Assembly (NCBI GenBank): GCA_910585165.1
Contig: CAJUBX010000001.1
Span: 6,247 to 70,246 of the forward strand
Reading direction: 5' to 3'
Length of the DNA stretch: 64,000 nucleotides
DNA from: an uncultured Oscillibacter sp.
GTDB lineage: Bacteria > Bacillota > Clostridia > Oscillospirales > Oscillospiraceae
This document shows positions 29,474-39,283 of this stretch, one piece after another; the stretch's first letter is position 1; each line of letters begins with the position of its first letter. The notes beneath the pieces were generated by a model that was given only the letters and a program-made list of their open reading frames with translations, searched no databases and was not told the DNA's origin. The translations under genes and the position numbers were made by a program.

Positions 29474-30559
29474 ATGAAAAAAAGAACGCTGGCGATCTTA
29501 TTGGCGGCGTGGATGCTGTTGGCCCTGGCGGGCTGCGGCGGAAAGACGGACCCGGAGGAGAACCCGCCTCCCGCGCCTGCGGAAAACCAGCAGCCGGAAC
29601 AGCCTCCCGAACCGGACCCGGAGCCTGCCGGACCGGCGGGAGTGAATCCGCTGACGGGCCTGCCCATGGAGCCGGAGTATGAGAACCTGCGGCCCATGGC
29701 CGTCATGCTGAACAACCTGAAGGCGGCGCAGCCCCAGCTTGGAATCTCCCAGGCGGATGTCATCTACGAAATCCCCGTGGAGGGGGGCATTACCCGGATG
29801 CTGTGCCTCTACCAGACGGTGGATGGCATTGAGACCCTGGGCAGCGTCCGCTCCGCCCGGCCCTATTTCATTGAGCTGGCTCTGGGACACGACGCGGTCT
29901 ATATCCACGCCGGAGGAAGCCAGGAGGCATATTCCGACCTCCAAAGCTGGAAAGTGGACCACATGGACGGCGTACGGGGCGGGGACGACGCGCAGATTTT
30001 CTGGCGGGACCCGGACCGGAAGCGGGACAACGGCTATGAGCACAGCCTGGTCACCTCCGGGGAGAAGATTCTGGCTTATCTGGAGAAGGGGAAGATAGAG
30101 ACGGAGCATGCCGCCGGATGGACCTATCTCCAGGCATTTGCCGAGGACGGAACCCCGGCGGACGGGGAGACGGCGGAGCAGGTGAAGGTCCGCTTCTCCG
30201 GATACAAAACCGGCGTTTTTGACTATGACGCTGCCGCAGGGAAATATTTTGTCAGCCAGTACGGCAAGGAGCATGTCGACGGCAGCACCGGGGAGCAGGT
30301 CAGCGCCACAAACGTGCTGGTGCTGAAAACCTCCACCGCCGTTTTGGACGATGTGGGCCGCCTCCGGGTGGATACGACCGGGGAGGGAGAGGGATACTTC
30401 TTCTGCGGCGGAAAGGGGATTCCCATCCGCTGGAGCCGGAAGAACCGGGAGAGCGCTTTCACCTATACGCTGGAGGACGGCCGCACCTTGGCCCTGGGGC
30501 AGGGGAACAGCTACATCTGTATCATCAGTCCCAAAACCAGCACGGTGGAGTATACATAA
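29474..30559 (+). CDS. DUF3048 family lipoprotein
   Basis: Lipobox LALAGC. NPLTGLP..., RPMAVMLNN and IYEIPVEGGITRML. Confidence 0.8.
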   Translation: MKKRTLAILLAAWMLLALAGCGGKTDPEENPPPAPAENQQPEQPPEPDPEPAGPAGVNPLTGLPMEPEYENLRPMAVMLNNLKAAQPQLGISQADVIYEIPVEGGITRMLCLYQTVDGIETLGSVRSARPYFIELALGHDAVYIHAGGSQEAYSDLQSWKVDHMDGVRGGDDAQIFWRDPDRKRDNGYEHSLVTSGEKILAYLEKGKIETEHAAGWTYLQAFAEDGTPADGETAEQVKVRFSGYKTGVFDYDAAAGKYFVSQYGKEHVDGSTGEQVSATNVLVLKTSTAVLDDVGRLRVDTTGEGEGYFFCGGKGIPIRWSRKNRESAFTYTLEDGRTLALGQGNSYICIISPKTSTVEYT

Positions 30560-30565
30560 GGAAAG

Positions 30566-30592
30566 AGGACCGTCCCGATTCCGGGACGGTCC
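30566..30592. terminator. Bidirectional stem-loop
   Basis: aggaccgtcccg-att-ccgggacggtcct followed by tttg. Confidence 0.65.
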
Positions 30593-30598
30593 TTTTGT

Positions 30599-31432
30599 TC
30601 ACTTGCGGCAGGCGCAGCAGCATTCCTCGTAGTTCTCAGGCATCCGCACGGTGTTGGGCGGGAAAAACTCGCCCACCGGGAAGGAGATGTTGCGGAAGAT
30701 ACCGCAGGGGTCTTCGGTCCCGCTGCCGCAGGAGCACTCCTTGTCGGGCATGCAGTAGTCGTACACAGGCACCAGGAGCTGGGAATCCCGCTCCAGCCGG
30801 ACGATGGAAAACTGGCCCAGAGTGACGTAAATGCGGCGGCTGTCGTCGCCGCTGGAGAGCTCCCCGTCAAAGCAGCTGTTGACGAAGGAGGGCACCTCGC
30901 AAAGCTCACAGTCGCAGTCCCGCTTGCCGCAGCAGTCCATAATCCGGGCGTCCAGGACGATGGGGTCCACCGCCTCCACCACGGCCACGGGGAGGTTGGA
31001 GCGGCTGGTGAGCTGGAGGTCCGGTTCGCCGGTCCGAAGCTCAGAGGAGAAAATCTTGGCGTTGCCCTCGCTGCCAAAGAGGATGGCCCGCTTGTCAAAG
31101 ACGCACAGGCCCTCCACTGTGACGGGAGCCGGGCAGCTCAGGTAAGCCTGAAGGGTGACGGAGTAGAAAAAGCGCATGTCGACGGTATAGAAGCCCCGGT
31201 TGAAGCTGACAGGCTCCACATCCACATAGACATAGAGGAGCTTGGCGCTGCCGCCTTTGACGGACAGGGCGCGGTTGATAACGTCCACATACTGGAGCTT
31301 GGGATAGAAGCGGAGATCTTCGATACAATCTTTATCCCGGCAGGAATCATACACCTTTCGCGTATGAATGCAAACTGCCTCTCGGATGCCGCTGAGGTCC
31401 TCCACGGGACCGGGCATGACTTTCTCGGGCAT
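30599..31432 (-). CDS. Cysteine-rich hypothetical protein (277 aa)
   Basis: Start at MPEKVM after AGGAGG. About 20 Cys, including DSCRDKDC, CCGKRDCDCELC and a terminal CCCAC. No family recognised. Confidence 0.6.
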   Translation of the reverse strand: MPEKVMPGPVEDLSGIREAVCIHTRKVYDSCRDKDCIEDLRFYPKLQYVDVINRALSVKGGSAKLLYVYVDVEPVSFNRGFYTVDMRFFYSVTLQAYLSCPAPVTVEGLCVFDKRAILFGSEGNAKIFSSELRTGEPDLQLTSRSNLPVAVVEAVDPIVLDARIMDCCGKRDCDCELCEVPSFVNSCFDGELSSGDDSRRIYVTLGQFSIVRLERDSQLLVPVYDYCMPDKECSCGSGTEDPCGIFRNISFPVGEFFPPNTVRMPENYEECCCACRK

Positions 31433-31522
31433 TGCAATACCTCCTAATAAGTAGCTGGCGAAAGAACAAAGTCCTTTCAATCCAGTGTATGCGCCGCCGC
31501 CCGGGAGGTGAGAGGGAGGCGT

Positions 31523-32041
31523 TTATTCCAGCTCCTCCCGCAAAAGGGCATACATGCAATAGGAGTGAACTCGGCCGTTTTTATAGACGCCGTTCCGCAT
31601 GACGCCCTCGCAGGTAAAGCCCGCCTTTTCCAGCACCCGCCGGGAACCGGGGTTATCCGCGAAGGGCTCCGCAAAGATGCGGAGGATGTCAAAGCGTTCG
31701 AACGCCTCCCGGCAGATTCGGCGCACCGCCTCCGTCATAACGCCTTTTCCCCAATGCGCCTCCGCCAGCCAATAGCCAAGCTCGGCGGATTTTTCGTACA
31801 CGTCGTCCCCCAGGGAAACACTGACGCTGCCGGCGGCCTTGCCGCCGATAACCACGGCCCGCATAATCTGCCGTGCTTCGCCCTTTGCGATGCAGTCTCC
31901 CACAAACCACTCTCCGTCCGCCAAGGTGTACGGGGAGGGGAAGACGTTCCGCAGATTCGCCGCGATCTTCGGATTATTGGCGGCCGCGGCGATGGGCTCC
32001 GCGTCCGGCAGCTGCCAGGGTCTCAGAACAAAGGGGATCAT
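31523..32041 (-). CDS. GNAT family N-acetyltransferase (RimJ/RimL-like)
   Basis: Start at MIPFVLRPW after GGAGGTG. LGYWLAEAHWGKG, NPGSRRVLEKAGF. Confidence 0.85.
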   Translation of the reverse strand: MIPFVLRPWQLPDAEPIAAAANNPKIAANLRNVFPSPYTLADGEWFVGDCIAKGEARQIMRAVVIGGKAAGSVSVSLGDDVYEKSAELGYWLAEAHWGKGVMTEAVRRICREAFERFDILRIFAEPFADNPGSRRVLEKAGFTCEGVMRNGVYKNGRVHSYCMYALLREELE

Positions 32042-32219
32042 ACAGCACCTCCAAATACCGATTTTGAAGCTCATTATAGCAAAGGAGCGGGGCCTTGTCC
32101 ACCGTTACTGTGGACAAAAGTGGAAAGAAAAGGAAACTTCGGGAAGAAAAGGCTTGCAAAACTTTCAGTATCTGATATAATGAGTACATTCTGATTACAC
32201 AAAAGGAAGGAAGCTCTTA

Positions 32220-32582
32220 ATGGATTACACGATTCTCATGTTGATCGTCATGGTGGCGGTCATGTATTTCCTGATGATCCGCCCGGAGAACAAGCGGAAG
32301 AAAAAGGCTCAGGAGATGCGGGACAGCCTGAAAAAGGGCGATATCATCACCTCCATCGGCGGTATCATCGGCAAGATCGTTTTTGTCGGCAAGGATACCA
32401 TCGTCATTGAAACCAGTGACGACCGGGTCCGCATGGAGCTGGCCAAGTGGGCCGTCAGCTCCGTGGGCGTCCAGAGCGGCGAACAGCCCGAGGAGAAGAA
32501 GGAAGAAAAAAAGCCCGCCAAGAAGGACGAGGAAAAGAAGGAATCCGACAGCGGCAAGGACAGCTGGAACCCGGAGGTCTGA
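32220..32582 (+). CDS. yajC: Preprotein translocase subunit YajC with a long acidic/lysine-rich tail
   Basis: FLMIRPENKRKKK, LKKGDIITSIGGIIGKI. Confidence 0.9.
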   Translation: MDYTILMLIVMVAVMYFLMIRPENKRKKKAQEMRDSLKKGDIITSIGGIIGKIVFVGKDTIVIETSDDRVRMELAKWAVSSVGVQSGEQPEEKKEEKKPAKKDEEKKESDSGKDSWNPEV

Positions 32583-32683
32583 GCCCGCCGCAAGCCTCCC
32601 GGTTTTGTCCTGTTCCAAACGCATAAAAGACCCCTCCTGAAGAATATGCTTTTTTAGAGCATGTTTTGAGGGAGGAGTTTTTT

Positions 32684-33073
32684 ATGGCAAAGGGACGAAA
32701 AAAAACGGCGGTGTGGCAGGGTTTTCTGGCGGGGGGGCTGCTGACGCTGGGCATATACCTGCTGGGCCTTCTGTTTTTGACGCTGTTGCTGGTAAAAGGC
32801 GCGCTGTCGGAGGGGGGAAGCTTCCCCATGGTGGCGGCTCTGTGTGCGCTGGCCTCTCTGGCAGGGGGGCTGCTGACGGTGCGCCTGACCCATTGGCGGG
32901 CCGGGGGCGCGCTGACGGCGGGGGCTTTTCTGTTTGTGCTGCTTCTGGCGGGGCTGGGCTTTGGAGGAGAAATTACCTGGGCAGGCCGGGGCGGCGTACT
33001 GCTGCTGTGCGGTTTAGCGGGGGGGCTGCTGTCCGGAGCGGCGGGGCCCCGAAAACGGCGCCGCCGGAAATAA
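32684..33073 (+). CDS. TIGR04086-like membrane protein
   Basis: Start at MAKGRKK after GGGAGG. 4 TM, Gly/Leu-rich. Confidence 0.6.
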   Translation: MAKGRKKTAVWQGFLAGGLLTLGIYLLGLLFLTLLLVKGALSEGGSFPMVAALCALASLAGGLLTVRLTHWRAGGALTAGAFLFVLLLAGLGFGGEITWAGRGGVLLLCGLAGGLLSGAAGPRKRRRRK

Positions 33074-33513
33074 GTGGACTCTTTGGTGGATTGCACAAAA
33101 GCGACGCATTTCCCTAATATCTCCCTCCGGCGGCGCGGAGGCGCCGCCGCCGGAGAAGGAAGGGGAGAAGGCGGCAGATATGGGATGCGGAAGTCGGAGC
33201 GCCCCCCAGATGTGGACGGCGGCGGTGGATGCATGGCGGCTTATCCGGCCAGGTTTTGAAGTTTACATAACAAAGTTTACATAATATTTTGTCATAAATC
33301 CCAAAAAGTTCTTTTTTGCGGAATCATCTTGCGGAAAGAGGAAAATTGCGCTATATTATGGATACAAACATATGTTACGCGGTTACACACCTTCTCCCTT
33401 GCCCGCGCCGGGCAGGAGGGTGTTTTCTTATCTGTCTGCCGAATCCTCCGGTTTTTCCCAAAACGTGTATAAGCGAATGCCGCCTTTCATAGGATGAGAT
33501 GAGGTGAGGCGGT

Positions 33514-34143
33514 TTGAAGTGGAAAAGGCGGGAGGCGACGGAGTGGAGGCGGCAGCTGTCCCGCCTGCTTCTTTTGGCGCTGTTTTTTTTCTCCGGCGTC
33601 ATTTTGGGACAGGTTTTTTCAAGCCGGGTCCCAGACGCTACGGGCGGTGAGTTGACCCGTTACCTGACGGATTTTTTGAGGGTGGAAAACGGGACAGCGC
33701 CTCCCCAGGCGGCGATGTCGGCGGCGGTACTCTATTTTCGTTACCCGCTGGCGGCCTTTTTGATGGGCTTTGCTTCCATTGGTGTGCTGCTGCTTCCGCT
33801 GATGACCGGGGCTTTCGGCTTCTTTCTGTCTTTTTCCGTCTGCTGCTTTACGGCGGCCTTCGGCTCTGACGGGGTGCTGCTGGCGCTGGCTGTGTTCGGC
33901 CTCCGGTGCGCGGTGACGCTGCCCTGCTATTTTCTGCTGGCCGTTCCGGCTTTGGAGCGCTCTGCGGCGCTGGCCTGCCTGTCTTTGGGCGGCGGGCGGC
34001 GGACCGCCCCGGTGGACTATGGCCGGAAATGGTGGATCCGCCTGGCGGTGGTCTCCGGGGTGCTGCTGGCGGGAATGTGCGCCGATTTGATGCTGGCCCC
34101 CTGGGCCCTGCGGCAGCTTTTAGAGCGGATTCTGACCGGATAA
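33514..34143 (+). CDS. spoIIM: Stage II sporulation protein M-like membrane protein
   Basis: TTG start after GAGGTGAGG. 5-6 TM protein with the SpoIIM-type layout, placed next to xerD as in Bacillus. Confidence 0.65.
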   Translation: MKWKRREATEWRRQLSRLLLLALFFFSGVILGQVFSSRVPDATGGELTRYLTDFLRVENGTAPPQAAMSAAVLYFRYPLAAFLMGFASIGVLLLPLMTGAFGFFLSFSVCCFTAAFGSDGVLLALAVFGLRCAVTLPCYFLLAVPALERSAALACLSLGGGRRTAPVDYGRKWWIRLAVVSGVLLAGMCADLMLAPWALRQLLERILTG

Positions 34144-34181
34144 GAAACAGGCTTTATGGGAAACCGGCAAAGAGAGAAGGG

Positions 34182-35066
34182 ATTGTTACGGACGAGATCA
34201 CGCGTTATGGGGAATATCTGATACGGGAGAAGCACGCCTCCCAGAACACCGTATCCTCTTATCTGCGGGACGTGACCCAGTTTTCAGATTACTTAAAGGT
34301 CCGGGGGCCGGGACTGCTGGAGGCCACCGCCGAAACCGTCCAGTCCTACATGGACTGGATGCTGAGCCGGGGCAAGTCCGCCGCCTCCGTCACCCGCTTT
34401 CTGGCCTCGGTAAAATCCTTTTACAACTTCCAGCTGTTCAGCGGCAAGATGAAAGCCAATCCTGCCAGGGGCGTGACCGCCGCCAAGGTGGAGCGGAAAT
34501 ATCCTGAGATTCTGACCTCTAAAGAGGTTGATTTATTTCTGGAACAGCCCCAGTGTGTGGACGCCAAGGGGTTCCGGGACCATGCCATGCTGGAGCTCTT
34601 GTACGCCACGGGCATCCGGGTCAGCGAGCTCATTGCCCTGAACTTAGACGATCTGAACCTGGCCGCCGGTTTTATCCATTGCTCCAGCAAGGGCAGGGAT
34701 CGGATCATCCCCCTCTACCGGACGGCGGTGAAGGCTTTGCAGGACTACGCCTGGAAAATCCGGCCCCAGCTGGTATCCGGCGAGGAGGAGACCGCCCTTT
34801 TTGTCAATATGAACGGGGAGCGGATGAGCCGCCAGGGCTTCTGGAAGATTATCAAGCACTACCAGGAGAAGGCGGGCATTGAGAAGGAGATCACCCCCCA
34901 CACCCTTCGCCATTCCTTCGCGGTTCATCTGCTGGAAAACGGCGCGGACCTGCGGTCTATTCAGGAGATGCTGGGCCACGCGGACATCTCCTCTACGCAG
35001 ATTTATACCCACGTGGTGAAGGGAAATTTGAAAGACGTGTATCAAAAGGCCCACCCGCGGGCTTAG
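34182..35066 (+). CDS. xerD: Tyrosine recombinase XerD/XerC-type (start uncertain)
   Basis: YLIREKHASQNTVSSYLRD core-binding domain. Catalytic ATGIRVSEL, HTLRHSFAVHLL, LGHADISSTQIYTHV. No ATG/GTG/TTG lies near the expected N-terminus. Confidence 0.85.
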   Translation: MVTDEITRYGEYLIREKHASQNTVSSYLRDVTQFSDYLKVRGPGLLEATAETVQSYMDWMLSRGKSAASVTRFLASVKSFYNFQLFSGKMKANPARGVTAAKVERKYPEILTSKEVDLFLEQPQCVDAKGFRDHAMLELLYATGIRVSELIALNLDDLNLAAGFIHCSSKGRDRIIPLYRTAVKALQDYAWKIRPQLVSGEEETALFVNMNGERMSRQGFWKIIKHYQEKAGIEKEITPHTLRHSFAVHLLENGADLRSIQEMLGHADISSTQIYTHVVKGNLKDVYQKAHPRA

Positions 35067-35076
35067 CATATAGGAT

Positions 35077-35105
35077 AAGCGCCGCCGGCCGGGCGGCGCT
35101 TTTTT
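35077..35105 (+). terminator. Rho-independent terminator after xerD
   Basis: aagcgccgcc-ggcc-gggcggcgctt followed by ttttt. Confidence 0.8.
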
Positions 35106-35202
35106 CGACGAGGGCTTTTTGAAATTCGGATTGTTTTTGCTGTTGCGCTTCCCGGGCAAATTTGCTATACTTACTAAGAATGCAGGCCGAAAGGGGCGGA
35201 GT

Positions 35203-35709
35203 ATGCGGATATTAGGCATCGACCCAGGTTTCGCCACTATTGGCTTCGGCCTTGTGGCGGCGGACCGGGGGCAGACGCGGATGGCGGCTTATGGGGCCAT
35301 CACAACCCCGGCGGGGCTGCCGCTGAGCCGGAGGCTGTATCAAATCGGCACGGACATGGAGGACCTGATCGGCCGGCTGAAGCCGGACGTTATTTCCATC
35401 GAGGAGCTGTTCTTCAACACCAATATTACAACCGGCATTGCCGTGGCCCACGGCAGGGGGGTTTTGCTCTATGCCGCCGAGAAATGCGGCATACCGCTGT
35501 ACGAATACACGCCCTCCCAGGTAAAACTGGCGGTAACAGGCTACGGCAAAGCCGAGAAACGACAGGTGATGGATATGACCCGGCGGCTTTTAAAGCTGGA
35601 AAAGGTCCCCCGGCCTGACGACGCCGCCGACGCCCTGGCTCTGGCCCTGTGCCACGCCCGAAGCGTTACCTCCCGGCTGCCGCAAAAGGACGTGCCGGAA
35701 ACCATTTGA
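35203..35709 (+). CDS. ruvC: Crossover junction endodeoxyribonuclease RuvC
   Basis: MRILGIDPGFATIGFG, EELFFN, DAADALALAL. Confidence 0.95.
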   Translation: MRILGIDPGFATIGFGLVAADRGQTRMAAYGAITTPAGLPLSRRLYQIGTDMEDLIGRLKPDVISIEELFFNTNITTGIAVAHGRGVLLYAAEKCGIPLYEYTPSQVKLAVTGYGKAEKRQVMDMTRRLLKLEKVPRPDDAADALALALCHARSVTSRLPQKDVPETI

Positions 35710-35726
35710 CAAAGACGGAGGCGGCT

Positions 35727-36332
35727 ATGTTTTACTATTTGGACGGCACCGTGGCGGAAATTCTGCCCTATCTGGCGGTCATCGACTGCGGGGGTGTGGG
35801 GTATGCCTGCAAAACCACCAACAACACCCTGTCCGCATTGAAGAAGGGGCAGCGGAAGAAGCTCTATACTCACCTGAATGTTGCGGAAAACGTGTTCGAG
35901 CTGTACGGCTTTGCCACCCAGAGCGAATTGAACAGCTTCCGGCTGCTGATCGGCGTCTCCGGCGTGGGGCCCAAGGCGGCGCTGGCCATTTTATCCTCCG
36001 GCACGCCGGAGACTCTGGCCATGGCGATTGTCACCGGGGACGAGAAATCCCTGACCGCCGCGCCGGGGATAGGCAAGAAGATTGCCCAGCGCATTATTTT
36101 GGAATTAAAGGACAAGATGGCGAAGGAGACCGCTGGGGGCCTGGATTTCTCCGGAGGAAAGGGTACGCCCGCTCCGGCGGTATTTGGAAACAAAGCGGCG
36201 GAGGCCGCCCAGGCTCTGGCGGTGCTGGGCTATTCCAGTCAGGAGGTCTCTGTGGCGCTGAAGGGCTTGGACATGGACCAGCCCCTGGAGGAAATCGTCC
36301 GGCAGGGGCTGAAGCGAATGGCAAAGCTTTAA
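35727..36332 (+). CDS. ruvA: Holliday junction branch migration protein RuvA
   Basis: MFYYLDGTV, LIGVSGVGPKAALAIL, PGIGKKIAQRI. Confidence 0.95.
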   Translation: MFYYLDGTVAEILPYLAVIDCGGVGYACKTTNNTLSALKKGQRKKLYTHLNVAENVFELYGFATQSELNSFRLLIGVSGVGPKAALAILSSGTPETLAMAIVTGDEKSLTAAPGIGKKIAQRIILELKDKMAKETAGGLDFSGGKGTPAPAVFGNKAAEAAQALAVLGYSSQEVSVALKGLDMDQPLEEIVRQGLKRMAKL

Positions 36333-36505
36333 ACAGTTTGTCCCACAGCATTTGTACAGTTATATAACTTTACGGCTCTAACGGGCTTTTCGAAAGAGCG
36401 GCTGTAACGGGTATGAAACATGATTTGAAAAGCACGAACACTTCACCCTAGTTTCACCGCCTTTCGCGCAGTGAAACCGACAGGGAAGCGGCTGCGGCTA
36501 TTTTT

Positions 36506-36742
36506 ATGCGAAGGGAAGAGGCGCCTGTCGTGATTTTATCCAGGCTGATTGGCATCGGGTTTTTGGGGAGCATGTTCGCTATGTTCCGGTTTTCCAAATA
36601 CTGCCGCCTATTGAACTGCCGGGATTTGGAGCAGGAGGAAGCAAAACGCTATCAGGCCCGGGCCCAGCGGTGGCTGGCGGCTGCGGGATGCCTGCTGGCT
36701 GTGGCGGTGCTGTCTGTCATTGCGGGCTTCGTCATACAGTGA
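36506..36742 (+). CDS. Small two-TM hypothetical protein inserted between ruvA and ruvB
   Basis: 78 aa with two hydrophobic helices. No strong RBS seen. Confidence 0.4.
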   Translation: MRREEAPVVILSRLIGIGFLGSMFAMFRFSKYCRLLNCRDLEQEEAKRYQARAQRWLAAAGCLLAVAVLSVIAGFVIQ

Positions 36743-36769
36743 AATTTCCCGGGAAAAGGATGTGAGCGT

Positions 36770-37840
36770 TTGAGCATCGACTTTGGAAGCGATATCTATG
36801 AGGAGCCCATTGTAGCGAAGACCTTCCTTCAGGAGGATATCCAGGAGGGTTCTCTGCGGCCGAAAAGTCTGCGGGAGTACATTGGCCAGGAGAAGGCCAA
36901 GGAAAACCTCTCCATCTTCATTGAGGCCGCCCGAAAGCGGGAGGAGTCCCTGGACCACGTTCTGCTCCATGGCCCCCCAGGCTTGGGCAAGACCACTCTT
37001 GCGGGCATCATTGCTCAGGAGATGGGGGTCAATATCCGCATTACCTCCGGCCCCGCCATTGAAAAGCCGGGGGACCTGGCGGCGCTGCTGACCAATCTGA
37101 ACGAGGGAGACATCCTTTTTGTAGACGAGATTCACCGGCTGAACCGCTCTGTGGAGGAGATTTTGTACCCCGCCATGGAGGACTACGTGCTGGATATCAT
37201 CGTGGGCAAGGGCCCCTCCGCCAACTCCATCCGCCTGGACCTGCCCAAGTTCACCCTCATCGGGGCCACCACCCGGGCGGGACAGCTCTCCGCCCCCCTG
37301 CGAGACCGCTTTGGCGTGACGCTGCGCCTGGAGCTTTACACGCCGGAGGAGCTGGCGAAAATTGTCTCTCGATCCTCCGGGATTTTAAATGTGGATATCG
37401 TACCGGAGGGCGCCTACGAAATTGCCCGGCGGTCCCGGGGTACGCCCCGCATTGCCAACCGGATGCTCCGCCGGGTCCGGGATTTCGCCCAGGTCCGGGC
37501 GGACGGGGTTATTACCAAAGACGTGGCGGATAAAGCCCTCTGCGCCCTGGAAATCGACCATCTGGGCCTGGACCCGATAGACCGCCGGATGATGGAAGCT
37601 GTCATTGACAACTACGGCGGCGGCCCCGTGGGCCTGGAAACTTTGGCGGCTACCATCGGGGAGGAATCCGTCACGCTGGAGGACGTTTACGAGCCCTATT
37701 TGATGCAGCTGGGCTTCCTGACCCGGACCCCCCGGGGGCGGTGCGTGACGCAGAAAGCGTACCAGCATTTAAACAGGCCCATCCCCGGAGGCGCGTCGCC
37801 GGAGGACATAATGGAACAGATGACGCTGGAGGACAGCTGA
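36770..37840 (+). CDS. ruvB: Holliday junction DNA helicase RuvB
   Basis: [12 protein letters not shown] Walker A, DEIHRL, GATTRAG. Confidence 0.95.
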   Translation: MSIDFGSDIYEEPIVAKTFLQEDIQEGSLRPKSLREYIGQEKAKENLSIFIEAARKREESLDHVLLHGPPGLGKTTLAGIIAQEMGVNIRITSGPAIEKPGDLAALLTNLNEGDILFVDEIHRLNRSVEEILYPAMEDYVLDIIVGKGPSANSIRLDLPKFTLIGATTRAGQLSAPLRDRFGVTLRLELYTPEELAKIVSRSSGILNVDIVPEGAYEIARRSRGTPRIANRMLRRVRDFAQVRADGVITKDVADKALCALEIDHLGLDPIDRRMMEAVIDNYGGGPVGLETLAATIGEESVTLEDVYEPYLMQLGFLTRTPRGRCVTQKAYQHLNRPIPGGASPEDIMEQMTLEDS

Positions 37841-37854
37841 GCCCTGTAAGGAGG

Positions 37855-38361
37855 ATGGCTGTGAAAAAGGAATTCCAGATGACTCTGCTTTTCTGTTTGC
37901 TGCTGGGTGTGGGTTTCTTCTTGAAGCCGGAGGACCCGGCGGCCAGCGGAAAGCTGGAAGTGGATTATCCGCACGAGACCGTGGACGCGTGGGAATACCC
38001 TGTCCGTCCCGGAACTGGGGAGTGGATCGCCTTGGGGAGCACGGAGAAGCGCCGGGAAGCCTGCCGGATTCCGCAAGAGACGTTGGACGCCATGAATGCA
38101 GAGACTCTGCTGGAAACCGCGCTGGACTATCCCTTTTGCACGGATATGTGGGCCTTTGACAGCTTGGAGGACGGTTACCGCTCTCAGCTCACGCACAACA
38201 GCGCCCTGGCAAGCTTGGCGGTCAGAGACGACGGACGCGAGGCGGTGCAGGCCCGGCTGGAGGACATGGAGGCATGGCTGGATGAGGTGGGCAGGACCCG
38301 CAGCGCCGAATCGGAGCATCAATATAGCTGCCTGCTGATTTTCGCGGAGTACATGGAGTGA
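37855..38361 (+). CDS. Secreted or membrane-anchored hypothetical protein
   Basis: Start at MAVKKEF after TAAGGAGG. N-terminal signal/anchor LLFCLLLGVGFF. Confidence 0.6.
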   Translation: MAVKKEFQMTLLFCLLLGVGFFLKPEDPAASGKLEVDYPHETVDAWEYPVRPGTGEWIALGSTEKRREACRIPQETLDAMNAETLLETALDYPFCTDMWAFDSLEDGYRSQLTHNSALASLAVRDDGREAVQARLEDMEAWLDEVGRTRSAESEHQYSCLLIFAEYME

Positions 38362-38365
38362 GGCT

Positions 38366-39115
38366 ATGCCGGTTTATCTGAACTCTGTCCGCCTCCGGCG
38401 GGAGCTGCCGGACGGGAGTTATCTTCGGCGTCTGGGACCCATACGATATTTGATGGAAGGAAACGTGCTGGCGTTTGACCGCCCCGTCACCTTCCTGGTA
38501 GGGGAGAACGGGACGGGGAAGTCCACGCTGCTGGAGGGAATTGCCGTGGCCTGCGGGTTTAACCCGGAGGGCGGCTCCCGGAATTTCAATTTCTCCACCC
38601 GGGCCACCCATTCCGCCCTGGGGGAGTACCTGACCCCGGCCCGAAAGCGGTATCCCAGGGATGGCTTTTTCCTCCGGGCGGAGAGCTTTTACAATGTGGC
38701 GACCAATATTGATCAGATGGACGAGGAACCCGGCCTGGGGGGCAGGCTCATCGACAGCTATGGCGGCGTGTCCCTCCACAGCCAATCCCACGGGGAGAGC
38801 TTCCTGGCCCTGGTTCAAAACCGCTTCGGCGGGGAGGGACTGTACCTGCTGGACGAGCCGGAGGCGGCGCTGTCTCCCTCGCGCCTGCTGACGCTGATGG
38901 GGGAGATGAACCAGCTGGTAAAAGCGGATTCTCAGTTCATCATCGCCACTCATTCGCCCATTTTGATGGCGTTTCCCGGGGCCAGGATTTACGAGCTGAG
39001 CGAGTCGGGAGTCCGTACGGCGAAGTACCGGGAGACGGAACACTACCAATTGACAAAACGCTTTTTGGACGACCCGGAGCGGATGCTGCGGTATCTTCTG
39101 GGGGAGGAAGGATGA
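38366..39115 (+). CDS. AAA/ABC-like ATPase (COG3910-type predicted ATPase)
   Basis: GENGTGKST Walker A, SHGES signature-like motif, LYLLDEPE Walker B, ATHSP. Confidence 0.8.
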   Translation: MPVYLNSVRLRRELPDGSYLRRLGPIRYLMEGNVLAFDRPVTFLVGENGTGKSTLLEGIAVACGFNPEGGSRNFNFSTRATHSALGEYLTPARKRYPRDGFFLRAESFYNVATNIDQMDEEPGLGGRLIDSYGGVSLHSQSHGESFLALVQNRFGGEGLYLLDEPEAALSPSRLLTLMGEMNQLVKADSQFIIATHSPILMAFPGARIYELSESGVRTAKYRETEHYQLTKRFLDDPERMLRYLLGEEG

Positions 39116-39283
39116 CCGGAGTTTCTGCTTCGGGCCGTGGAGGGAGGCCAAGGCGGCCGATATTGCATAAAATGCGGCCGATATTCTGGTTAGTCTCATG
39201 AAATCACTAAAATTTTAAGGAAAATTTCCGTTTATTTTGATAAATTGCTTGACATTTTCCACGGCAGATGGGTATAATACAGC

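Noticed and set aside
33906-35066. The full track ORF (386 aa) as the XerD protein.
   Set aside because: Its first 90 codons overlap spoIIM in another frame and are Gly/Arg/Ala-rich with no recombinase similarity.
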